The position numbers were made by a program, and so were the translations under genes. DNA of 64,000 bases from Sedimenticola sp. (GTDB lineage: Bacteria > Pseudomonadota > Gammaproteobacteria > Chromatiales > Chromatiaceae). A model generated the notes under the pieces. The model made no database searches and had not been told where the DNA came from. It saw nothing but the letters and a program-made list of their open reading frames with translations. This document shows positions 1-7,764 of the stretch, one piece after another. Position 1 is the stretch's first letter; every line of letters starts with the position of its first letter. The stretch spans positions 211-64,210 of the forward strand of contig JALWMK010000033.1 in the NCBI GenBank assembly GCA_027083925.1, read 5' to 3'.

Positions 1-16
1 GTGGATGGAGAAGGCG

Positions 17-1426
17 CTATTCTTCTGCTTCCTCGTCACTCAGTCCCTGTGGCGGCACCAGGCCATATTCGTTGATCATGCGCCGCAGCCGGGGGCGGGA
101 TACGCCGAGCACTTCGCAGGCTCTTCCCCTGTGCCAGTTGTTGGCTTCCAAAATTCTGCTGATGTGCTCTTTTTCTACTTCTTTCAGGCTGCGGTCGGTA
201 ACGGGCTTCTCCATTGCGGGCTGCGGGCTGCCGTTGCTCTTGCAGAGGATCTGTTCCGGCAGCAGTTCCCGGGTGAAGGTGTCGCTATGGGAAAGCGCCA
301 CACCTTTCATCAGCACATTTTCCAGTTCGCGGATATTGCCGGGCCACTGATAGGCTTCCATGCAACTGAGCACGTCTTTTGAGATGTGGGTGACATTGCT
401 CTGCAGCTCCTGGTTGATACGCCCGAGGAGGGTTTGTATCAAATCCATCAGATCTTCCTTACGTTCCCGCAGCGGGGGCAGGTGGATGTTGATGACCTGC
501 AGGCGGTAATACAGGTCTTCGCGAAAACTGCCTTCCTGCGTCTTCTGGGCAAGATCAACATTGGTTGCAGTAATGACCCGTGCATCAGAGTGCTGAGCCT
601 GCTTTGCCCCCAGAGGGGTGTATTCCTTGTACTGCAGTACCCGTAACAGCTTGGCCTGCATGGCGGGGGAAAGCTCACCTATTTCATCGAGAAAAATGGT
701 GCCGCCCCGGGCCAGGGAGAATTTTCCTTCCTGGCGACCTACTGCGCCAGTGAAGGCGCCTTTTTCATGGCCGAACATGTCGGACTCGAGCAAGGTTTCC
801 ACCAGAGCGGCGCAATTGATGGCGATAAAGGGGCCTTTTGGGGTTTCGCTGGAGCGATGAACGGCTCTGGCCACCAGTTCCTTGCCTGTGCCGGATTCGC
901 CGGTGATCAGGATGGTGGCAGGGCTTTTCGCCACCAGGCCAATGGTTTTGAAAACTTCTTTCATGGCGTGGCTGCGGCCAACCATGCTTGGGTGCCCGTT
1001 GATGCTTTCCTGGGTAGTGGAAAACAGCAGTTCATCGCTGTCTTTGCTGGCATTTAGCAGCTTGCTGATCGAGGAATCCAGCTCATCGATATCGATAGGT
1101 TTGTGAATGTAGTCATCAGCGCCTTTCTGCATGGCCTCGATGGTGCTGTCCATGTCGTGAAAGGCGGTAATCATGATAATGCATATCTGGGGCCGTTGCT
1201 TCTTGAAATCTGCCAGGCCTTCCAGGCCGGATCTGCCGGGCATGCGGATATCCAGAATGATCAAGTCAGGCTCGTAACTGGCGGCCAGCTCCAGACCTTC
1301 ATCGACGCCGGCGGCCAGCTTTACCTGATGTTCCTGGCTGCTCAGGTGAAGCTGAAGGGTACGGCTGCTGGCGATATCATCATCGACGATAAGAATTTTA
1401 CTCATGATTGTGGCTCGCTGTTGCAC
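17..1426 (-). CDS. sigma-54-dependent response regulator (NtrC/Fis family: receiver + AAA+ activator + HTH)
   Basis: 469-aa ORF. Receiver motifs ILIVDDD and [11 protein letters not shown], Walker [15 protein letters not shown] loop (HEKGAFTGA), C-terminal Fis-type HTH. Its start overlaps the stop of the upstream kinase. Confidence 0.9.
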   Translation of the reverse strand: MQQRATIMSKILIVDDDIASSRTLQLHLSSQEHQVKLAAGVDEGLELAASYEPDLIILDIRMPGRSGLEGLADFKKQRPQICIIMITAFHDMDSTIEAMQKGADDYIHKPIDIDELDSSISKLLNASKDSDELLFSTTQESINGHPSMVGRSHAMKEVFKTIGLVAKSPATILITGESGTGKELVARAVHRSSETPKGPFIAINCAALVETLLESDMFGHEKGAFTGAVGRQEGKFSLARGGTIFLDEIGELSPAMQAKLLRVLQYKEYTPLGAKQAQHSDARVITATNVDLAQKTQEGSFREDLYYRLQVINIHLPPLRERKEDLMDLIQTLLGRINQELQSNVTHISKDVLSCMEAYQWPGNIRELENVLMKGVALSHSDTFTRELLPEQILCKSNGSPQPAMEKPVTDRSLKEVEKEHISRILEANNWHRGRACEVLGVSRPRLRRMINEYGLVPPQGLSDEEAEE

Positions 1427-4001
1427 TGTTCTGGGTGGTCGGGTTAATGGGCAGTATTACCGATATGCAGGTGCCAGTGGGAGTGTTGCCGGAAACCAGA
1501 ATGCTGGCCTGATGTTGTTCAAGTATGCGTTTCACTATGGCCAGCCCCAGGCCGGTGCCTTTTGCACGAGTGGTGAAAAATGGCTCGAAAATTCGTTTCC
1601 GGTCCGCTTTGCTGATGCCACAGCCGTTGTCGCAGATATCAATGCGTACATTGGTTCCTTCATGGCCGAGCTCAATCATGGCTTCGATGCTGATCTGGGG
1701 GTTTTCGCTGTCTGCCGTGGCCTGGAAAGCGTTGGCAATCAGGTTGGAGAACAGCTGGCGCAATTTGGTGGCATCGGCATAAATCGTGGGCAGTCCGGAA
1801 TGGTACTGGGTGTGCAAGGTGATTTTCTTCTTGTGTTGGCGGCGCTGGGACATGCCGATGGCCAGGTCGATGACCTTGTCAATGGGAATCCACTCGGGCT
1901 TCAGCGCATCGGGACGGGAATAGGAAAGCATGTCTGAGAGGATCTCTTCCATGTAGCGGATCTGTTCCAGGGAGATCTGGCACAGTTCCCTCGTATCGGC
2001 GCTGGTGGCGGGATCGGCTTTCTTGTCCAGGATCTGCAGGGTCATTTTTACGGAGGAGAGGGGATTGCGCAAGTCATGGGCGATCATGCTGGCCATGCGT
2101 CCCATGGCTGCCATGGTTTCTGCCAGTGCCAGCTCCCGGTTCTGTTTTTCGACTTCTTTTTCCAGGCGTTTCTTTTCGGTGATGTCTTCTTTCACTGCGA
2201 GAATGCTGGTGATATTTCCTTCGCCGTCGCGAATGGCGGATATTGCTGCCGCCTCCCAGAATAATGTGCCGTTTTTGCGCCGGTTGTGAAACTCACCGCG
2301 CCACTCGCCCCCTTTCTGGATAGTCTCCCACAGAGTGCTGTACTCTTCCTTGCTGGTTTCCCCTGATTTCAGCAGGCGTGGATTCTTGCCGATGACCTCC
2401 TCTGAGCGATAACCGGATACCTCAGTGAATTTCGGGTTTACATATTCGATGTTTCCCTGGGGATTGGTGATAACCACCGAGCTTGGACTTTGCTCCACTG
2501 CCTGGTAGAGCTTGAGTAGCTCACTCTCTGTGCGCCGTATGTCGGTAATGTCTTCGCCGATGCCAGTCACGCCGATAACCTCCCCCCTGCTATTGTAGGA
2601 AAGGGTATTATTCCAGGCTATCAGGCGTGGTGCGCCACTACGGGTTTTGACCTGCAGCTCCAGGTGGGAAGGAAACTGCCGGGGAGAGTCCATCAGTCGG
2701 ATGATGCCGGAAACTTTCTCCTTGTCCTGTTTGGCCACCAGTTGCCTGACCCATTCTTTGCCGATGATTTCTTTTCTCTCCCAGCTGGTGATGTCGAGAA
2801 AATGGTTGTTGCAGAATGTCAGCTTTCCTTGCCTGTCGAGGGCAACGGCCGCCAGTTCGATATTTTCCAGGGTGTGCCGAAACCGCTGCTCATAGTCGCG
2901 TTGCGCCTCGGTGATGCGGTGTAAATGGGTGGTGCGCGCCAGAAATCCTGTGCCGACAAACACCAGCAGAAACATGGAAAGATACAGTGTGCCATTGTTT
3001 TTCAGGAATATTGGAAAAGTGGAAGAGATCTGGCTGTATGGAATATGAGAGACAATTTTCCATTGGGGGCTTTGCCCCTGCTCATGACTGATAGCTTCTG
3101 TGGTGGCGGGAAGTGCGGCCAGCGCGATTTTTAATGGATAAATTGTTGTGTAGGTGAAAAAGCCTTCTGGAGTTTCAAATTGACCACTTTCGTTGTTGGA
3201 AATTTCCCGCCACGCAACAGGTTTATCGTTCTGGAAGCGGTTGCCGCTATTGAGCATAAAGCCCCATTCATTTTCGTGTTTGGGGCTGCTCAACCAGTAG
3301 CCGTCGCTATTGAGGAGTTCGATATGGTCAGCAATGCTGGCTGCTGCGCGGGAGAAGTTGTCAATCAGTCGTGCGCCCAGGTAGTTGATCAGAACGATGC
3401 CCTTTTTGTTGCCGCTATGGTTGACAACAGGAGTGGCAAAACGGATCACCGGCTTGAAGGGTTCTTCTATTTTTCCGTTTTCCACGTTCAGGTCAAATCT
3501 CGACAGGTAGATGCCGCCGGGTTTCTGTGTCAGGGCTTCGCGAAAATAGTAGCGGTTAGCTTTGTTCTGCAGCAATGCATAGGGAACAACCTCTACATCT
3601 CCATCGTTGTAGTTGATGCGGACGATTTCCATGCCGCTGTTATCCATGTAGCGAATCTGATCGTACAGCCCCTTGTTTTTGGCGAATACCCGGAACTCTT
3701 CTGCAATACGTTGCTCCCTGGTCCAGGGCAGTGCTTCCGGTAACCCCTGGCTTTCGATATGTTCGGCGAGGAAGCGCAAGTCTTTTGCCACATCGGCAAT
3801 GTCTTCTTGCACCATGCGCCGGGCGAGATCCACGTTCAGGGATTCTGTGGATTCAATGCTGCTGTGTTCGGTGGTATAGAAGGTGTAGTAATGCATGCCG
3901 CCTATAATCAGCAGTACCAGACAGATGGGCAGGAGCAGGCTGATGAAGGTTCTGAGCTGCCCGAGATGGCTTGGTTGTGCTGGAGGCTGAACTATGGGCA
4001 T
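1398..4001 (-). CDS. sensor histidine kinase with ~300-aa periplasmic (Cache-like) domain, two PAS domains, HisKA and HATPase
   Basis: 867-aa ORF. Two hydrophobic segments flank a large extracytoplasmic region. H-box MIAHDLRNPL, N-box NLIANAFQA, G-boxes DNGCGI and GTGLGLAIV. Confidence 0.85.
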   Translation of the reverse strand: MPIVQPPAQPSHLGQLRTFISLLLPICLVLLIIGGMHYYTFYTTEHSSIESTESLNVDLARRMVQEDIADVAKDLRFLAEHIESQGLPEALPWTREQRIAEEFRVFAKNKGLYDQIRYMDNSGMEIVRINYNDGDVEVVPYALLQNKANRYYFREALTQKPGGIYLSRFDLNVENGKIEEPFKPVIRFATPVVNHSGNKKGIVLINYLGARLIDNFSRAAASIADHIELLNSDGYWLSSPKHENEWGFMLNSGNRFQNDKPVAWREISNNESGQFETPEGFFTYTTIYPLKIALAALPATTEAISHEQGQSPQWKIVSHIPYSQISSTFPIFLKNNGTLYLSMFLLVFVGTGFLARTTHLHRITEAQRDYEQRFRHTLENIELAAVALDRQGKLTFCNNHFLDITSWERKEIIGKEWVRQLVAKQDKEKVSGIIRLMDSPRQFPSHLELQVKTRSGAPRLIAWNNTLSYNSRGEVIGVTGIGEDITDIRRTESELLKLYQAVEQSPSSVVITNPQGNIEYVNPKFTEVSGYRSEEVIGKNPRLLKSGETSKEEYSTLWETIQKGGEWRGEFHNRRKNGTLFWEAAAISAIRDGEGNITSILAVKEDITEKKRLEKEVEKQNRELALAETMAAMGRMASMIAHDLRNPLSSVKMTLQILDKKADPATSADTRELCQISLEQIRYMEEILSDMLSYSRPDALKPEWIPIDKVIDLAIGMSQRRQHKKKITLHTQYHSGLPTIYADATKLRQLFSNLIANAFQATADSENPQISIEAMIELGHEGTNVRIDICDNGCGISKADRKRIFEPFFTTRAKGTGLGLAIVKRILEQHQASILVSGNTPTGTCISVILPINPTTQNSATASHNHE

Positions 4002-4333
4002 TGTTGCTCGATGTGCCGCTGCAGTCGGCTCAGGTAGCTGTTCAGTGGTTCATCGGGTTTGCGGGGAAGCAGAAAGGTCAGGCGGGCGGCGATGATATAG
4101 GGCTTGCGGTTTCCGCTTCCGGCTGGTGTCTTTTCGGTCAAAACCTGCTGTATGCGACCCAGGGTTTCTTCAACAGGGTATTCACAGTAGCGTGGCATGG
4201 TGATATTGCGGCTATACCACTGGGCGGCAAAGGAGATACCGATCAGCAGCCCCAGAATTACCAGTATGAGTCTGATTGGGCGGAAGCCACTGTATTGCTC
4301 CTGGTTTTGAGGGGTGTTTTCCGGCATTTTCAA
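3992..4333 (-). CDS. small membrane-anchored hypothetical protein
   Basis: 113-aa ORF with one hydrophobic helix (LILVILGLLIGISFAAQWY). It overlaps both neighbours by 4-10 nt (translational coupling). No recognisable family. Confidence 0.5.
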   Translation of the reverse strand: MKMPENTPQNQEQYSGFRPIRLILVILGLLIGISFAAQWYSRNITMPRYCEYPVEETLGRIQQVLTEKTPAGSGNRKPYIIAARLTFLLPRKPDEPLNSYLSRLQRHIEQQCP

Positions 4334-5733
4334 TGGCTGGGTGTAAGCATCTGTTGCTGATAGCAGTCACAGTTGCCGCTGCGCAAAGAGGCCGCAACGG
4401 TTTGAGCCGTGCGTTGCCCCTGGTAAATACGTTCCCGAACGGAAACCCCATCGATGTAATTTGCGTTCAATTGCAGGCCGGGCATCGTATCCAGGCGGGA
4501 GGAAATCTGCGCCAGCCTGGCGCGATACTGGCCATGATACAGAGGCAACCCCTGATAGTGTCTTTCCACTTTGACATAGTCCGGTTCGCCCTTGATTTTC
4601 ATCAAGGGACGCAGGTTGTCGAGCACCATGCCGGTAAGCTTGTCATCGCTTTGCTGCAGTTGTTCGGGGCGCTGTACCCCGCCAATATAGCAGGTCAGCA
4701 ATGCCTGTTCCGGTGGTGCCCGGTGGGGGAACAGGGTGCTCATCCACAGGTTGCCATTGATGGCCAGCCGGTTGTGCTTTGCCACCAGGAAGCCGGTGCC
4801 GTCCAGTTTGTGCTGGATGTTGCGGCTTTTTATCCCCAGGTGCAACACCCCGACAGGGGCATATTTGATATCAGCGAGCAGTTTCCCCAATCTCTCATCT
4901 GTGGCTTCGAGAAGTTGGCTGCTGATGTCTGCCGGAGTACTTAGCACCAGCTGTGGTACCTGGATATGTGTAGTGCCGCTGCTGCTCGTCCCTTCTGCCC
5001 GCCAGCCGTTGTCCTGCCGACGGATGGTAGTGGCCTTTATCCCGGTACGGATGGTGATGCCGGGGCTGCTGGCGATAGCCTGCACCAATTGCTCCATGCC
5101 GCCGGAAAAGGAAAAGGTGTCGGCACGGTTGGTTTGGCGGCGCCTGATTACCTTGTTGATGAACATGCCCATGGTAAGGCTGCCATAATGCTGTTCCAGT
5201 GCGGTAAGGCGTGGCAGTACGGATTGCGCCTCTGCCAGGTCAGGGTCTGATGCCAGGGTGCCGGATATGAAAGCATCCATGGTGGTGTCCAGAATTTCCT
5301 GCCCCAGGCGGCGGCGGATAAATCCGGATACGGTTTCGCCTGTATGGGAGCCTTTGGGGATGAAAGGTTCCGCCATCAGCCGCAGTTTTGCCGGCAGACT
5401 CCACAGGGGTGAGGCCAGCAATGCAGGCATGAGCATGGGAACCCGGGTGAGGCGATTGTTGTGGATGATGTAGCGGTTGAGGCTGTCATCACGCCGCTGT
5501 TTGTCCTGATCCAGCCCCAGGCGGGAAACCAGCAGGTCAACCTGGGGGCGGAAGTTGACCAGCAGGGCGGCTGCATCCTCGGTAAGATAGCCGGCTTCGC
5601 GGCGGCTGCGGATTTTACCGCCAGGACGCTGTGCGGCTTCCCATACTTCCACAGCAACGCCTTTTTGCGCCAGCCACCAGGCAGTGGAAAGGCCGGAGAT
5701 GCCGCCGCCAACAATGAGTACCTGTGTTTTCAT
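4330..5733 (-). CDS. HemY-type FAD-dependent protoporphyrinogen/coproporphyrinogen oxidase-like protein
   Basis: 467-aa ORF. N-terminal dinucleotide fold VLIVGGGISGLSTAWWL...GGKI. Full-length resemblance to the PPOX/HemY family (…FPHRAPPEQALLTCYIGG…, C-terminal NYIDGVSVRERI). Confidence 0.75.
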   Translation of the reverse strand: MKTQVLIVGGGISGLSTAWWLAQKGVAVEVWEAAQRPGGKIRSRREAGYLTEDAAALLVNFRPQVDLLVSRLGLDQDKQRRDDSLNRYIIHNNRLTRVPMLMPALLASPLWSLPAKLRLMAEPFIPKGSHTGETVSGFIRRRLGQEILDTTMDAFISGTLASDPDLAEAQSVLPRLTALEQHYGSLTMGMFINKVIRRRQTNRADTFSFSGGMEQLVQAIASSPGITIRTGIKATTIRRQDNGWRAEGTSSSGTTHIQVPQLVLSTPADISSQLLEATDERLGKLLADIKYAPVGVLHLGIKSRNIQHKLDGTGFLVAKHNRLAINGNLWMSTLFPHRAPPEQALLTCYIGGVQRPEQLQQSDDKLTGMVLDNLRPLMKIKGEPDYVKVERHYQGLPLYHGQYRARLAQISSRLDTMPGLQLNANYIDGVSVRERIYQGQRTAQTVAASLRSGNCDCYQQQMLTPSH

Positions 5734-5736
5734 CCG

Positions 5737-7764
5737 CTATTTGTTTTTCAGTTCGGCCTTCATTTTATCCAGCAGTTCCCGGTCGAGAAGTCCCAGTCCT
5801 CCATGTTCCGGATCCTGCCTGGCTTCCACATAGTGCTGGATCTCGGAGAAGCGCTTTGCAGCCTGTTCATTTCCCTTCAGCCGGGGCACCTTCTGTTGTG
5901 CAATAGCAAAGGCGCCGAAGTTCAGTTCCTGCATGCCAAAACCCTTCATGCGGCGTACCGCCTTCATCATGGCCCGATTGCGAAAACGGGTCAGATCTTC
6001 CGGGGTGATCAGTTCAATACTTTCACGGCGGGCACCGAATTCTGCTGCTTTCTTGATACCGGCGCGGATGAAATCTGGTGCGGATTCCACCCGGCGCAGG
6101 GCTTCGGCGCTCCAGCTGACGCCAGCGAGATCCGTATGGAAAACCTTTTCCACATCTTCCCGGGTGACGACGATGGCGCTGCGGCGCCTGGCCTCGCGCT
6201 CGGCGGCGGCCTGCATGCCGGGTTTCACAAACATGGCGGCGGCGGGGGAGCGTTTTTCCAGTAGCTCATCCAGTAGTGCTTCGGCACTGTTTTCCCAAGG
6301 GAGCTTGCGTTCGTTACTGTCACCTGCTTCCAGGCGCTGCAACAGCTTGATATTGACTTCCAGGCGGCCCTCGTTGCGCGCCACGTCTTCGGCAACGGTA
6401 GCGATGCCGTCGCGCAGAAAGCCTGGCAGCTCGTTCAGCCAGGCTTTGGCTTCCGTGGTCCAGGCCAGTGCTTTGGCGGTGTTATCCCCGGTACCCGTTT
6501 CCGGGCGCCGCATGGGGAAGTTGTCGCCAAAGCGATTGGCTGCGAGTGTACTCAGATGCCCTGCGGTGACTATGGATTCTCCCAGCGACTGCACATGGGA
6601 TTCGGCGCGCTTGCGTACCATCTTGCGCAGGAATCCCGGCACTTTTTGCAGGCGCTGGCTGGCTTCTTCCGACCACTTTATGGTGCCTGCGCTCTGCCCG
6701 GCAAGGGGCTGGATGATGGCTCGCCCGCTGGGGCGGTGGCCGCACCAGGGGTCGGCGTCCATGATGTCTCCGCCCATGGCCAGCGGGCGCGCCCGGCAGC
6801 CGCCACAGAGCTTCTGGTATTCGCATTTTCCGCATTTGCCCTTCAGCTCCGGATTGCGCAAGCGGTCGAAGGTGGGAGACTGGTCCCAGATTTCCCAGAA
6901 ATCCTGGTTACGGATGCTGCCTTCTTCGTCAGGAATGTACGGGCAGGCAGTAACGGTTCCTTCGGGGGTGATGCGGCAGTAGTGAATGCCCGCCAGGCAG
7001 CCACCCCCCTCGTATCCCTGGGCGCGGGTGAGGGGCGATTCAGAATCGTGTTCGTAGGCTACACGTTTGTAGTGGGGTGCACAGCGGGCGCGGATAATCA
7101 GATCCCGAGTATTTTCCTGGGCTTTCACCAGGTGTTTCAGCACCTGTTCATAGCGTACCGGGCTGATGTCGGACATGGATTCGCCCCGGCCGGTGCAGAC
7201 CAGAAAAAAAATATTCAGTACATGTGCGCCGCTGGCTCGGGCGAAGTCGATCATGGGCTGCACTTCGTGGGCGTTTTTCTCGGTGACGGAAAAATGCACC
7301 TGAAAGGGCAATGCATGCTTGCGGCAGTGATCCATGCCTGCCAGGGTTTTTTCCCAGCTTCCGGGGCAGCCGCGAAAACTGTCGTGGCGATCGGGATCCA
7401 GGGAATCCAGGCTGATTCCCATGCCCAGTGTGCCGGCGGATTTCAGGGTTTGTACCCGGGCTTCGCTGAGCAGCACGCCGTTGGTGCCCACCACGACGGA
7501 AAGCCCCAATCGACTGCCGTGGGTGACCAGGGTTTCCAGATCTCGCCGCAGCAGGGGTTCGCCGCCGGTAAGTACCACCATGGTTTCATTGCTGCGGGAT
7601 GCAATTGCATCCAGCAGATTTTTGACTTCCGCCGTGCTCAGTTCTTCGCTGCTGCCGGTGTCCCGGGTTTCGGCGTCCATGTAGCAATGGGCGCAAGCCA
7701 GGTTACAGCGACGCGTAAGGTTGACGGCGATGAGAAACAGATCGTTATCCATTGCGGGAGTCAT
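5737..7764 (-). CDS. radical SAM/SPASM protein (AhbD/NirJ-like core) with four C-terminal PCP_red-like repeats
   Basis: 675-aa ORF. CX3CX2C motif CNLACAHC, GGEPLL, and a SPASM-type Cys cluster CGKCEYQKLCGGCRARP. The C-terminal ~330 aa contain four W-x2-(E)A...(V/L)P-x-F-(L/I)R repeats. Confidence 0.85.
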   Translation of the reverse strand: MTPAMDNDLFLIAVNLTRRCNLACAHCYMDAETRDTGSSEELSTAEVKNLLDAIASRSNETMVVLTGGEPLLRRDLETLVTHGSRLGLSVVVGTNGVLLSEARVQTLKSAGTLGMGISLDSLDPDRHDSFRGCPGSWEKTLAGMDHCRKHALPFQVHFSVTEKNAHEVQPMIDFARASGAHVLNIFFLVCTGRGESMSDISPVRYEQVLKHLVKAQENTRDLIIRARCAPHYKRVAYEHDSESPLTRAQGYEGGGCLAGIHYCRITPEGTVTACPYIPDEEGSIRNQDFWEIWDQSPTFDRLRNPELKGKCGKCEYQKLCGGCRARPLAMGGDIMDADPWCGHRPSGRAIIQPLAGQSAGTIKWSEEASQRLQKVPGFLRKMVRKRAESHVQSLGESIVTAGHLSTLAANRFGDNFPMRRPETGTGDNTAKALAWTTEAKAWLNELPGFLRDGIATVAEDVARNEGRLEVNIKLLQRLEAGDSNERKLPWENSAEALLDELLEKRSPAAAMFVKPGMQAAAEREARRRSAIVVTREDVEKVFHTDLAGVSWSAEALRRVESAPDFIRAGIKKAAEFGARRESIELITPEDLTRFRNRAMMKAVRRMKGFGMQELNFGAFAIAQQKVPRLKGNEQAAKRFSEIQHYVEARQDPEHGGLGLLDRELLDKMKAELKNK

